64,000 nt of DNA from a virus. Under the pieces are notes generated by a model that was not told where the DNA came from, did not search any database, and was given only the letters and a program-made list of their open reading frames with translations. Every line of letters starts with the position of its first letter. The first letter of the stretch is position 1. The position numbers and the translations under genes were made by a program. The stretch is taken from positions 64,001 through 128,000 of IMG/VR virus record IMGVR_UViG_3300017963_007659, one strand, 5' to 3'. Below, one piece after another: positions 9,701 to 19,806 of the stretch.

Positions 9701-11230
9701 ATGTCTACTTACAAGTTCAGAAATAGCCCTGAGATCCGCACGACAACCGGCTTGGACTTCGGCACACTCGTTCAGCAAGGAAACAGTCTCCTACACACCT
9801 ATGGTACAGCAAACTTATTCCTTGGAACCAATAGTGGGAACTATACCCTAACGGGAACAAACAACGTAGGTCAAGGACGTCAAGTTTGTAGTAACTTAAC
9901 TACAGGGTCCTACAATGTAGGTCTAGGAGACCAGGCACTACAAGAAACGCAGATAGGAACCGGAAATGTAGCGATGGGCGCGTATGCCCTTCAAGGAAAT
10001 TTTATTACCACGCCAACAGGGTCGTACAACGCGGTTGTTGGTACAGAATCTCTTCTTTTCTACACGTCTGCTAGTTATAACACTACGCTCGGATACCGAG
10101 CATTGTGCTACGGAACCACACCAACTGCTTGTGTTGCTATCGGAGGAAATTCAATGCGAGGAGATGGAGTAACTCCTCCGACAGGAAGCAACAATACAGG
10201 CATAGGTGCCGACACTTTATATAATCTGACAACCGGCTCCAAAAATGTAGCAGTAGGCTACTTCGCTATGAGGTCTATAGGAGGCGGCCTAGAAAATGTG
10301 GCAGTAGGTTCCAATGCACTTCAAGATACTACCGGAAATCGAAACGTCGGCGTAGGACAAGAGTCTCTCACCTTCAACCAAGGTGGCGCTCAAAATGTAG
10401 CTATAGGATACGTCTCCTTAGCTAACAACCGTTCTGGGGACGATAACGTAGCTGTAGGATTCGATACCATTCGATATTCACGAACAACAGATGGAAATAC
10501 AGCAGTAGGCACTTCTTCTCTTCGAGGAAATACAGGTACAATCCCCACAGGAGTACGAAACTGCGCTATGGGATTCAGTGCAGCAGAAGACTACACAACA
10601 GCATCAGACATGGTCGCTATCGGTCATAATTCTCTTCTATTGATAAACACTGGTAGTACAAATACGGCACTTGGTTCAGGATCAGGACACGACCTAGTCA
10701 CCGGGTCTGGAAATGTATTTTTAGGGTACCAAGCAGGATATTCTGAGACGGGATCGAACACACTGTATATCTCGAACTCGAATACAGCCACTCCCCTTAT
10801 CTACGGGAACTTCGCTACCCCAGCAGCTACGATCAATGGAGACCTGACAGTAACCGAAGAGTTCATCTTTGAGATGGGCGCAGACAACGCCTCGACAGGA
10901 ACGCTGAATGACGTATCTACAGCAGGTACTTCCTTCATGCGTTTCACGGGGGCTGGGACTGTCTACATCACAGGATTTGCGAATGGTGTAGACGGGAAGA
11001 CTCTAACTATCGTCAATCGCACAGGATATGACCTCACTTTGGAGAATGAGAATGCAGGATCTGTAGCCGCCAACCGTATTATCACAGGGAAGAGTGCCTC
11101 CATGGTCTTATTGAATGGGGCGGCTATTTCTTTACAGTATGATGCTACCACAGCACGTTGGAATGCTTGTGGGGATAGCAGTAGCGGAGAAAACATCAGC
11201 ATGAAGTCTCGAAGCTGGATGGGGTTCTAG
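9701..11230 (+). CDS. tail fibre/adhesin-like protein with N-x-A-x-G beta-roll repeats
   Basis: Many roughly 14-aa repeats (NVAVGxxAL, NTGIG, NTALG), like trimeric-adhesin head repeats; C-terminal ITGFANGVDG...ANRI domain. Confidence 0.7.
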   Translation: MSTYKFRNSPEIRTTTGLDFGTLVQQGNSLLHTYGTANLFLGTNSGNYTLTGTNNVGQGRQVCSNLTTGSYNVGLGDQALQETQIGTGNVAMGAYALQGNFITTPTGSYNAVVGTESLLFYTSASYNTTLGYRALCYGTTPTACVAIGGNSMRGDGVTPPTGSNNTGIGADTLYNLTTGSKNVAVGYFAMRSIGGGLENVAVGSNALQDTTGNRNVGVGQESLTFNQGGAQNVAIGYVSLANNRSGDDNVAVGFDTIRYSRTTDGNTAVGTSSLRGNTGTIPTGVRNCAMGFSAAEDYTTASDMVAIGHNSLLLINTGSTNTALGSGSGHDLVTGSGNVFLGYQAGYSETGSNTLYISNSNTATPLIYGNFATPAATINGDLTVTEEFIFEMGADNASTGTLNDVSTAGTSFMRFTGAGTVYITGFANGVDGKTLTIVNRTGYDLTLENENAGSVAANRIITGKSASMVLLNGAAISLQYDATTARWNACGDSSSGENISMKSRSWMGF

Positions 11231-11231
11231 T

Positions 11232-12065
11232 ATGGTTGCTTGGGTTTTAGGGGCAGTAAATGAATCCCTTGAAGTTGTTCTTGGAGGAGCCGTCACGACG
11301 AACGAGCTTCAATGTGTAGCTCACTACGCTGACGAGACAGGTACAGCGTTCACGGAAGACAGCAATCAAGTCAATACCAGTGGAACAACCCCAGTCACTC
11401 TTGTAGCAGCTCCTGCTGCTAACACACGCCGTCTAATCAGTGATTTTTCCATTCACAATCGTGATACGTCAGACCAGACCATTACCGTGCAACTTAATAT
11501 TGGAGGTACAACCTACATCATCTATAAGTCTGATTTGGTGGTAGATTCTACTCTACGTTTGGACGGAAGTACGATTGGAGGCCAAGCCTTCAGCTCGAAA
11601 TATCCACCCTCAGCTACTGACCCAGCAACTCCCCCTCCTGTTGAAGGAGATATCTACTACAATACTGTACTAGATATGATCATGATGTGGGATGGAACCA
11701 GGTCGAAATGGCTCTCTATAGAGTCGAGTGTCATACAATTTGGTGGAGCAGGAATCACAGCTACTGGGTCATACTACTCAGGAACGGACGGACTAGTACT
11801 CTCCGCTACAAATGGGTACACCGCTCACTTCAATGGAACCATCGTATCATTTGGTTATACTCGTGACGACACAGATGCGATGACCTTCGATATCGTAGAA
11901 AGTGGTACATCTCGTGCTACAGTAGCCTCAGCAGCCGTGGCTGGACAAGCTACCAACCTTGACGGTAACTTCACCCAAGGGGGTGTTCTAGCAGTAACCA
12001 ATCAGGCTGGAGGAAATGCCACAACGAATGCAACTGGTTGGGTACGCGTCAAGTGGAGGATTTAG
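11232..12065 (+). CDS. tail fibre-related structural protein
   Basis: 277 aa, T/G/S-rich; GDIYYNT...WDGTRSKW fibre-joint-like motif. Confidence 0.55.
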   Translation: MVAWVLGAVNESLEVVLGGAVTTNELQCVAHYADETGTAFTEDSNQVNTSGTTPVTLVAAPAANTRRLISDFSIHNRDTSDQTITVQLNIGGTTYIIYKSDLVVDSTLRLDGSTIGGQAFSSKYPPSATDPATPPPVEGDIYYNTVLDMIMMWDGTRSKWLSIESSVIQFGGAGITATGSYYSGTDGLVLSATNGYTAHFNGTIVSFGYTRDDTDAMTFDIVESGTSRATVASAAVAGQATNLDGNFTQGGVLAVTNQAGGNATTNATGWVRVKWRI

Positions 12066-12068
12066 TCA

Positions 12069-14465
12069 ATGGCTACTACAGTAATTGCCAAGAATCAAAC
12101 GGCATTTGATATACCAGTCAAAAGGCTCAAAGCAACCAATGGCGTTATCCCTGGGTCTGGTCAGGAGACCATATCTGACTACAATACGATCCAAGAGATT
12201 CAACGCTCAGATGAGCTATTTACATCTATAAATAGTGGTTCTATCCTCCTGTCTGTAGACGCTATAGACCTAACACAAGCAGAGTCTCTTACCTTTTTGA
12301 ATGAAGGAGAGAAGAACACTGTCACCATAGTTGGTACTGGTACCAGTTTCTTCAAGGAGAAGGTTGGAACGGACATCCGCCTCAAAAGCCTCCTATCGTC
12401 GTCAAGTCTCGTAACACTAACTGGAAATACAAATGATATAGATATTGGTCTTGATAGTTCTGTTGTGCTTGAAAGTGAGCTGGACAACATCCCAGGAGCT
12501 GTCAATGGTGTTGTCCTCCTAGACACATCAGCTGGGACACGCATTTCTTATGCTTCCATAACTCTAGCTCTTGCTGCCGCTTCAGCAGGGGATGTAGTTA
12601 TTTGTGGTCCAGGAACCTACGCAGAGAGCTTCACAGTTCCTGCTGGAGTTACTGTCCTTGGGCAGAGTGGGTCTAGAGTAACAAAGATCACGGGAACCCT
12701 TGCTACAGGGACACGGGTGGCTCTCAATAATGGGGCAGTACTCCGTGGCTTTCAAATAACGCTTCCCACCGATGCAACCTACGCCATTGAATATGCTGGG
12801 GCAGCACCCTCCTTAGCAGTAAGCCGTGACATTGTCTTCATTGGCTCAGGAGGGTCAGGCAAGTGCTATGGACAAACAGGGTCTGGGTCGTCAGAGATCA
12901 TGGATTCCTTTATTCAACAGGGCTCCATGGCGTGTGTCTTTGAAGTTACAAATGGAGAACTGTTTGTAAGGTCTACACTAATATCAAAGTATGTTACTGC
13001 CATAACAGACGCTGTTCTTGTGTCTGGAGGGCTGTTCGCCTTTGATGGGATGGTACTTAGAGGAGCAGGAATTACAGACGGAATTAGCTGTGGAGCAGGA
13101 CAAGTCATAGGTACTGTGGCTGAATTCCAAGACCTCACTGGAAGTGCGCTACACATCACTAGTGGGAGTGCTGACGTGCAAATTCGCAACTTACGTTGCG
13201 CTGGATGCGGACTAGACCTAGAAGTAGATGCTGCTGCCAGTTCCTGTACGGTACACCTCAGTGGCGCTGAGATGCTGGAAGCTAATATCTCTGCGGATGA
13301 CAACTTTCACGCCAACGCAGACCACTTCCTAGCGTTTCAAGATGAGACCATAGGAGATGCTTCCTTTAAAGTATGGGGAAAGCTGAGCGTTGGATCGCAA
13401 AACCACGGCACATATTCCTACTTCGGGCAAGGTGGCCAGAATACTGCTAATATATACTGCTTCAGAAACACAAATCTTGAAATAGGTACATGGTCTGATG
13501 TCACTACCATACTAAAGTCAGAATCTTCGTCCACCACTGCTATATTTACTGGAGTAACCGCAGGAAATTGCTTCTATTTTGGAAATGATCGTCCCTTCAC
13601 TGGTTCCTATCTGAATATAACAACAGCAGGTGTAGCAGGTACTGGGGTGGCTATTTTTGAATATTGGAATGGGTCTGCCTGGACTTCCGCTGCTATAATG
13701 GCTACTGATGATGGAAGTCCTCATAATCAATATGGGTCAAATATAGCTGGAATAGTTGGAGAATACCAGCTACGGGCTGGACCTTTACCTGGATGGACGA
13801 CCAAATCCCTGAATGGAACAACAGCCTATTGGGTACGCTACCGCCTGGTAACAGCATACACATCAAGTCCTATTCTTGAACAGATGAAGGCAACCGTCAA
13901 CTCTATAAGAATAGGACCACATGGATTCCTAGAGTATTTTGGAGAGAGTCGTCCTCGCCGTAGTATGCTTTGGCACCTTGGGCTGCTAGAAGACAGAACA
14001 GGATGGTCCCCGGTAGACGAAAACATTGACTTCTCAACAAATGTTCAAGTAGGGTTAGTCGATAATGAGTTTGCTAATGGTACCATAGATGGTCGAGCTG
14101 GTATTGTTGACATTCCTTTTGGATTGGATACCTCCTACCCCCTTACACTAACTATAAAATGGATGAAAACTGCTGCTGGATCTGGGGATGTTGAGCTGGA
14201 ACTTGCTTACTCGAAAGCAGCGGATGAAAACGTATTCGATGGCACACTATCTGAAACAATCCTCACAGACATCACGAATGTGACGGGCGACGCTCAGTAC
14301 TACTCATACACGACCTCCTTCACCATACCCGTGTATGATATGATACCAGGATATCTTTTGGGTATATCCATTTTTAGGGACGCATCTGGCGGAAACTTGG
14401 ACGACACCTTTGCTGACGGTATAGCATTGCTTTCAACAACACTAAAAGGATACTTCTGGAGCTAA
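12069..14465 (+). CDS. tailspike-like protein with right-handed beta-helix (pectate-lyase-like) region
   Basis: YASITLALAAASAGDVVICGPGTYAESFTVPAGVTVLG is a typical beta-helix cap; 798 aa in the fibre cluster. Confidence 0.65.
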   Translation: MATTVIAKNQTAFDIPVKRLKATNGVIPGSGQETISDYNTIQEIQRSDELFTSINSGSILLSVDAIDLTQAESLTFLNEGEKNTVTIVGTGTSFFKEKVGTDIRLKSLLSSSSLVTLTGNTNDIDIGLDSSVVLESELDNIPGAVNGVVLLDTSAGTRISYASITLALAAASAGDVVICGPGTYAESFTVPAGVTVLGQSGSRVTKITGTLATGTRVALNNGAVLRGFQITLPTDATYAIEYAGAAPSLAVSRDIVFIGSGGSGKCYGQTGSGSSEIMDSFIQQGSMACVFEVTNGELFVRSTLISKYVTAITDAVLVSGGLFAFDGMVLRGAGITDGISCGAGQVIGTVAEFQDLTGSALHITSGSADVQIRNLRCAGCGLDLEVDAAASSCTVHLSGAEMLEANISADDNFHANADHFLAFQDETIGDASFKVWGKLSVGSQNHGTYSYFGQGGQNTANIYCFRNTNLEIGTWSDVTTILKSESSSTTAIFTGVTAGNCFYFGNDRPFTGSYLNITTAGVAGTGVAIFEYWNGSAWTSAAIMATDDGSPHNQYGSNIAGIVGEYQLRAGPLPGWTTKSLNGTTAYWVRYRLVTAYTSSPILEQMKATVNSIRIGPHGFLEYFGESRPRRSMLWHLGLLEDRTGWSPVDENIDFSTNVQVGLVDNEFANGTIDGRAGIVDIPFGLDTSYPLTLTIKWMKTAAGSGDVELELAYSKAADENVFDGTLSETILTDITNVTGDAQYYSYTTSFTIPVYDMIPGYLLGISIFRDASGGNLDDTFADGIALLSTTLKGYFWS

Positions 14466-14467
14466 CT

Positions 14468-15451
14468 ATGACAACAGCCTACCTCGACATAGACAACAAC
14501 GTCATAGGAGTCAGTAGTGTTTTCCGTCCACTGGAGATAGCTCAAGACGTAAATCCTAGTATCGTAACTGTGGTTGAAAATGCCCCAGATAACGTAGTCG
14601 TCAAAGGAAAACGTGGAGCTGTACTGTACCACAAGCTTACAGCAGGTAATGGTACAGATATTTCTCATTATACGGAAGTCACCGATCTCGATGACTACAA
14701 GAATAATCGTATCCAAGAAATCAAGATGAACACGCAAACGTTAGAGAGTCTTGGCTTCCTATATGATGAGAGAACTTTCTCTATGGATACAACCTTTGCT
14801 TTTGTGTATAGCAGCCTACTTCTTCTGGATGAAAAGAAGGCTATAACTTATCCATTTCCAATACAATGCCTGAATAGTACCACCTACTATGTCACGGATA
14901 GAAGTTCCCTACGAGAGTTAGTAGCCTCAACCGCAGCCGCCATCTTAGAACTTCAAGAATCAGAAAGCCAGCTAAAGTTGGATATCCTGGCTGCTTCAAC
15001 CAAAGAAGAGATTGACGGTATAGTTGACAACAGAACACAACTGGGCAGCCCAAATACACAAATCGTCTCTATCGCGGACTTTACTGCTAAGGGCAGCTAC
15101 GAAGCAGAGGACCAACAGCAGACTAGCACGACGTCAAAAGTTCCTCGTGTACGTTTGGTCCTCACTGCCAACGAGGTACAAGAAAACAGCGTATGGGATT
15201 TAGACTGGTCATTCGAGTACCGATCGTCAACCTCTAATGCCACAGCCTATAGCTCCGTAGAGGCTGATGGAAGTGAAATAGCTAGGGACCATACCGACGG
15301 TGAAGAGTGGACGAGCAGTGTTGGGAAAAAAAAGCTTACTTTGACCGAGGGTAGCCACACCTTCAATATCTCTTACTGGTCGAGTTCAAAGAAGTACGCA
15401 GCAACGATCCGGCGCTTACATATCAAACTAACACGGCGGAATGAGGTATAG
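14468..15451 (+). CDS. DUF4376-like tail fibre assembly/chaperone-containing protein
   Basis: LDDYKNNRIQEIK...GFLYDERTFSMD...LKLDILAASTKEEIDGI pattern; follows fibre genes. Confidence 0.55.
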   Translation: MTTAYLDIDNNVIGVSSVFRPLEIAQDVNPSIVTVVENAPDNVVVKGKRGAVLYHKLTAGNGTDISHYTEVTDLDDYKNNRIQEIKMNTQTLESLGFLYDERTFSMDTTFAFVYSSLLLLDEKKAITYPFPIQCLNSTTYYVTDRSSLRELVASTAAAILELQESESQLKLDILAASTKEEIDGIVDNRTQLGSPNTQIVSIADFTAKGSYEAEDQQQTSTTSKVPRVRLVLTANEVQENSVWDLDWSFEYRSSTSNATAYSSVEADGSEIARDHTDGEEWTSSVGKKKLTLTEGSHTFNISYWSSSKKYAATIRRLHIKLTRRNEV

Positions 15452-15453
15452 GC

Positions 15454-16143
15454 ATGGCGTCTACAAATTATCCCAAGAACATCAACGTAGCCAACTTTGC
15501 CAATGGTATTGTAGATGCGGGGCGTCTCAGCTTCGATATTGAAAATTACATCAGGTCTTCGGATCAGCTCTCTATCACTATTGTCCTAGACTCTGTAGAC
15601 ATTGTGGTCAATGAAGAGAGTGATGACATTTGCAATATCTGGTTCAAGGCAGACTTAAGCACTGATGAACAGTCTATGTTGGACGCTATCTGTCTTGCAC
15701 ACACAGGAGACGCTCTTCCAGCAGAGGTCACATCAGTCACCCTTGAGCCTACGGGATCGAATCTCAAAGACCTTCAAGCTGTTGGGGTTAACTTTGAAGC
15801 TGACTTGAATACGTCAACTGAACACCTTGTTGGGTTTGCTGAGACAAGAGAAGTTCAGGGTGTTAGTGTAGAGCTTAAGAATCATATTGCTGGTTTTAAC
15901 AAGGATTCGATGGAGATCGCAATTGTGGCTCCAGATGGGGTAGGAGGATGGGTAGCGGTTCGACATCTTGTTAGAGGAGAGGAGAATTACAAATCTCCTG
16001 TACCACCTTCAGGGATTACACATGTTGTCGCTGAGGGAACAGCAGCCATGCCGACGATGTTGCGAATCCGAGTTATCTACCACTCCACTGCTACCACTGG
16101 GGAAAAGCCCTACATCTATCTCCTATTCCGAACCTGGAAGTAG
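15454..16143 (+). CDS. structural/hypothetical protein
   Basis: 229-aa ORF, co-transcribed with the fibre genes. Confidence 0.55.
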   Translation: MASTNYPKNINVANFANGIVDAGRLSFDIENYIRSSDQLSITIVLDSVDIVVNEESDDICNIWFKADLSTDEQSMLDAICLAHTGDALPAEVTSVTLEPTGSNLKDLQAVGVNFEADLNTSTEHLVGFAETREVQGVSVELKNHIAGFNKDSMEIAIVAPDGVGGWVAVRHLVRGEENYKSPVPPSGITHVVAEGTAAMPTMLRIRVIYHSTATTGEKPYIYLLFRTWK

Positions 16144-16152
16144 AGACATGTC

Positions 16153-16686
16153 ATGGCAGTATACTTATGTTTCGGAAGTCAGCCGTACAACCTGAAGTCC
16201 TGGCTGATCCGGAAGCTCACCAGAGGACCCTATTCACACACCTGGATAGAGTACGACTCGGACACCTGGGGAGCCAAGATGGTTGTTCATGCTCAACCTT
16301 CTGGCATTGTTGTAGAAGCTCCAGAGACGGTTTACGAAGAGTATACCCTCATGAAGAGGTACCAGTGTACCTTCTCCGGAGCGGAGGAAGGGCTGAGGAA
16401 GTGCTACGGTTACATCGGCAAGCCCTATGACTACAAGGTCATCCTGACTCATATGTTCTTGCTGATCCTCTACTACATGGTCCCAATCAAGAAGTTCCGG
16501 GATTGGCTCTGGACGAAGACCGTCACCAACAGCAGTGCCTACTCGTGCTCGGAACTCGGAGCACTTCTCCTCCTGAATTCAGGGTATTTCCCTGCACAGG
16601 ACATGGATCCTGAACTGGTGACTCCAACAGACCTGTCGCAGTTCTGTAGCGAGCGCCCCTTGGACTTTCTACCAGAAAAGGTCTAA
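16153..16686 (+). CDS. permuted papain-like NlpC/P60 amidase (YiiX/YebB-like)
   Basis: IRKLTRGPYSH (His), GKPYDY, then YSCSEL (Cys): His-before-Cys permuted order. Confidence 0.7.
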   Translation: MAVYLCFGSQPYNLKSWLIRKLTRGPYSHTWIEYDSDTWGAKMVVHAQPSGIVVEAPETVYEEYTLMKRYQCTFSGAEEGLRKCYGYIGKPYDYKVILTHMFLLILYYMVPIKKFRDWLWTKTVTNSSAYSCSELGALLLLNSGYFPAQDMDPELVTPTDLSQFCSERPLDFLPEKV

Positions 16687-16689
16687 CTC

Positions 16690-17103
16690 ATGGCATGCTG
16701 CCGTCGATCCCCGAAGAGTACTACAATACTACAGCAAGTAGCTTCTAAACGACGGTCAGTGGGCGTTATAACCCCCAAGCAACCCCTGTTCAAACCTGAC
16801 CGTCGAGTATCCCCTACAGCAATGAAACCCAGCGCTTCAATCCTGTGTAAGCACTTCGAGAAGAAGGGCGCAGAGCTTCTTGTAGATGTGACTCCGGAGC
16901 GGAAGATCCTCTTCCAAGCCTCTGGAAGCACGTTCGATCTAGAGGAGAACATTGAGCTTTATGGATGCACTGGAAAGGTACCTACCTTCGTCAAAGCTAT
17001 CAGGCGCAACCTCAACAAATTGGAGGTAGCCCCTACCTCCAAGAGGATAGCCCTAGGGGAGCTACTCGCTGCTACAATCGAGCTTCTCAAGAAAGAAGCA
17101 TGA
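16690..17103 (+). CDS. hypothetical basic protein
   Basis: 137-aa ORF adjoining the previous gene. Confidence 0.5.
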   Translation: MACCRRSPKSTTILQQVASKRRSVGVITPKQPLFKPDRRVSPTAMKPSASILCKHFEKKGAELLVDVTPERKILFQASGSTFDLEENIELYGCTGKVPTFVKAIRRNLNKLEVAPTSKRIALGELLAATIELLKKEA

Positions 17104-17159
17104 GAAGGGTTATTGTGTTGTAGGATGTAACGTGTCTCTCTTTTTGTCTGGATTTGACT

Positions 17160-17474
17160 ATGAGTAAACCATCTGCGGCTCCCGAACTCGAACCTGTTGA
17201 CACCGTTGAATTCGACCCTTGGGAGAAGGTTCTTGACGCTCTCACGGAGCAACGGCAAGATGTAAAGGACATAAAGAGGCAACTCAAAGTCCTCAACACC
17301 AATGTCGAGCTGGTCAGACAAGCCTACGTCGATGGGGCACGACGACTCACCCTCCTTGAAAACGAGTGCCCCAGACGAAACGGCACTTGTCCCACGAGCA
17401 TGACACCTATCCCTACATTATCCGACACGCTGTCTGATGACACAGAGATGGTTCAGTCAGACCAAGACTCCTGA
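17160..17474 (+). CDS. hypothetical coiled-coil protein
   Basis: Heptad-like LTEQRQDVKDIKRQLKVL. Confidence 0.55.
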   Translation: MSKPSAAPELEPVDTVEFDPWEKVLDALTEQRQDVKDIKRQLKVLNTNVELVRQAYVDGARRLTLLENECPRRNGTCPTSMTPIPTLSDTLSDDTEMVQSDQDS

Positions 17475-17755
17475 TAGTCCGCCTCCTCCATCCTCCTTCT
17501 CGTATTCGGATTGTGTTGTCCGGTATGATGACGCTCGTTCCCGCATCCCAAACAGGAACATGGCTGACTCGTCCTTGCATGGAAGCCTAAGACGACGCTC
17601 TCCAGTAGATATTGATTCTGAACGTAGTTGGTGTACTTGTCGGGTTTCTTCAAGAAGTCAAGTAGATAGTACCCTTGACGCAAACGAACACGATTCTTAG
17701 CTCGCTCATACTGAGCACGACGCCAAGCGCGACCACGAACGGGATAGGAACACAC
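17453..17755 (-). CDS. small basic protein with CSCxxC motif
   Basis: AAGGAGG RBS before GTG; R-rich N-terminus, PCSCLGCGN. Confidence 0.6.
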   Translation of the reverse strand: MCSYPVRGRAWRRAQYERAKNRVRLRQGYYLLDFLKKPDKYTNYVQNQYLLESVVLGFHARTSQPCSCLGCGNERHHTGQHNPNTRRRMEEADYQESWSD

Positions 17756-17779
17756 GATGGAACCTCCTTTAGGCTAGCA

Positions 17780-18037
17780 TCATGTGTCCTCCCTTCGTCG
17801 AGCTTTGAATATTTCCTTCGATGAAATCATCTTCTTGCCATCAGCGGCTTCTATGATGTCCATCGAGGGGTAGAGACCTGCACGCATCAGTGCGATTTCA
17901 GAGGGAGACATCTTGGACAAATCTTCTCCGAACTCCTCTTTGATCTTCTCAACGAAGAAGTTCGTTAGGTCCGCGATGGCTTGCAGGTCATCCGTCACGA
18001 TACTTGTAGATACCCTAAGATAGAACCGGAACTTCAA
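17780..18037 (-). CDS. hypothetical protein
   Basis: 85-aa ORF; start uncertain. Confidence 0.45.
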   Translation of the reverse strand: MKFRFYLRVSTSIVTDDLQAIADLTNFFVEKIKEEFGEDLSKMSPSEIALMRAGLYPSMDIIEAADGKKMISSKEIFKARRREDT

Positions 18038-18266
18038 GAATAGACATGCCTATACAGTGGATATCCCTACCATCCAACTCTACAGTCCTTGGGTCATCCC
18101 CATCGTCAGGATACGCAGACAAAGGCATGTCTTTTAAACGAGGTTTCGGCAACAGTCTCCACCACGCTTCCAGCTTTTCCCTTGACTCCGACACACGGAC
18201 CGGGAAGGTCTGCCTTGGGTAGAAGTCCATCGACTCTCCAGGAATCTCGCCTACAAGTACATACAT
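18015..18266 (-). CDS. hypothetical protein
   Basis: ATG at 18266, just after the stop of the upstream gene. Confidence 0.5.
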   Translation of the reverse strand: MYVLVGEIPGESMDFYPRQTFPVRVSESREKLEAWWRLLPKPRLKDMPLSAYPDDGDDPRTVELDGRDIHCIGMSILEVPVLS

Positions 18267-18276
18267 CCGATAACCC

Positions 18277-18528
18277 CTACAGCCACTCCTCACCGTCTTC
18301 GACAAGCGGCGAGATCTTCCAATCCACAACGACCTCATCGTAGCAAGAGGAGCAGAGGTGTGCTAGATGGACTTCCATGTCCTTTCCGGAATGATAGCCC
18401 CAACTTGCGCGAATCTCGGCGAACTCGAAGTTCATCTTGGCTTCGTCCTCTGTGCTCTTTCCACACTTGTTGCAGATGACGTCAACCACTACGGTCTTCA
18501 AGACTTCGCGATCTTCGGTTTTCTTCAT
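18277..18528 (-). CDS. small zinc-binding phage protein
   Basis: CNKC...WGYHSGKD...HLCSSC; YAGTCAAAG motif 4 nt upstream. Confidence 0.65.
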   Translation of the reverse strand: MKKTEDREVLKTVVVDVICNKCGKSTEDEAKMNFEFAEIRASWGYHSGKDMEVHLAHLCSSCYDEVVVDWKISPLVEDGEEWL

Positions 18529-18551
18529 GGATTTCTTTGACTAGATTTTTG

Positions 18552-18580
18552 TTGACATGGGAGCGAGATTCTTGTAGTGT
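18552..18580 (+). promoter_or_regulatory. sigma70-type early promoter
   Basis: TTGACA-17 nt-TAGTGT with ATTCTTG before the -10; followed by GTTGGTTGGAGGAAAGC-ATG. Confidence 0.8.
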
Positions 18581-18604
18581 GTTCTCAGTTGGTTGGAGGA
18601 AAGC

Positions 18605-18856
18605 ATGGACACCGTCACGACAATCGATGGAACTGAATACCCCTACGAATGCGCCTGTGGCGAGACCTATTCCAACATCGACGCGGCGATCTGCTGCCGT
18701 AAGTGCCGCACCTACACGAATCAGGGCTACTGCGACGAGGTCATCGACCTCCGTCACGGTGGTATCGTCTGGACCTCCAACGTCGTCTACGATTGGGCTT
18801 GGGAACTCTCCGGAGCCCAAGGCAAGTGGCCGACTCTCGCAACCGTGTGGAACTAA
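18605..18856 (+). CDS. small Cys-rich early protein
   Basis: ATG after GGAGG; CACG...CCRKC...C. Confidence 0.7.
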   Translation: MDTVTTIDGTEYPYECACGETYSNIDAAICCRKCRTYTNQGYCDEVIDLRHGGIVWTSNVVYDWAWELSGAQGKWPTLATVWN

Positions 18857-18902
18857 GCGGATCTATACACCAGGAACAGATTCTTGTAGTGTGGAGGACA
18901 GT

Positions 18903-19121
18903 ATGAGCATAGAACGTTACACCGACGCCCCTGAGTGCTACGACGGCTTCGGTACCCAGACGGTTCGCGAGACAGGGCGCTCCACGAAGCGCGGTCCCGT
19001 TCGTGTCGTCTCCCTCGTCCCCCGCCATCAGAACTGGCAGGAGATGCGCTACAGCTCAGGTATGCACCTCTGCATGGACCAAAAGAAGTGGGACGACCTC
19101 AAAGACCTCATCACTGTCTGA
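18903..19121 (+). CDS. small early protein
   Basis: ATG after GGAGG, preceded by a second GATTCTTGTAGTGT element. Confidence 0.65.
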   Translation: MSIERYTDAPECYDGFGTQTVRETGRSTKRGPVRVVSLVPRHQNWQEMRYSSGMHLCMDQKKWDDLKDLITV

Positions 19122-19134
19122 ATAGGAGCATGAC

Positions 19135-19362
19135 ATGGAGAAGCATTACGTTATCGAGGAGCTGGAGAAGAAGTACGCTCCCTTGTGGTGGCACCTACAA
19201 GGATTGACCTACACTGCCTCTGGGTATGGGTCAAAGATCCCTACCGACCACAAGGTGCGGTTGCCTGGAGACTCTCGCTGGCGTCGAGTGTACCATACGA
19301 TCTGGAGCAACAGCGGCACCTCCTGGGTCCAATACAAAGGCGAACGGATTGTAATCCGGTAG
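19135..19362 (+). CDS. small conserved-type phage protein
   Basis: GLTYTASGYGSKIPT...RWRRVY...SNSGT; AGGAG RBS. Confidence 0.7.
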   Translation: MEKHYVIEELEKKYAPLWWHLQGLTYTASGYGSKIPTDHKVRLPGDSRWRRVYHTIWSNSGTSWVQYKGERIVIR

Positions 19363-19372
19363 CGGGTTTTTC

Positions 19373-19401
19373 TTGACAGACTGAAGCGATTCCTGTAATG
19401 T
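19373..19401 (+). promoter_or_regulatory. sigma70-type early promoter
   Basis: TTGACA-17-TAATGT, preceded by GATTCCTG. Confidence 0.7.
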
Positions 19402-19434
19402 AGTCTTTGTCAATTGGAGGACATCATGGGTTGG

Positions 19435-19806
19435 AATGGTCTTCTTGGAAATAACGGTCGCGTCAATCCCTCGGATGAAGAGGTGAAGAGAAACCGCGCC
19501 GCGAAAGCCCGGAAAACGGCTGAGGCTGAAGAGCTGTTCTCTCAGCCCAGACCCGCTACAGATTGGGACCGTATGCTCCAAACGGCAGTGGAAGAAGCTC
19601 AAGTCGATAGCGACTGGCATGAGCCGAAACCTGATCCCACGGACGAAGAGATCGCGGCCCTTCTCGCTTGGTTTGGCTCCCGTGACGAAGGCATGTCCTA
19701 CTTGACGTCATTCCTCGCCGAACGCGGTTGGAATACTCTTGAAGACCTCTGGACGATGCGCGAAGCCCTTCTCATCGTTCAATATCAGTACCTCTCTGGG
19801 AACTAA
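19435..19806 (+). CDS. hypothetical early protein
   Basis: ATG after GGAGG. Confidence 0.65.
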   Translation, partial: NGLLGNNGRVNPSDEEVKRNRAAKARKTAEAEELFSQPRPATDWDRMLQTAVEEAQVDSDWHEPKPDPTDEEIAALLAWFGSRDEGMSYLTSFLAERGWNTLEDLWTMREALLIVQYQYLSGN

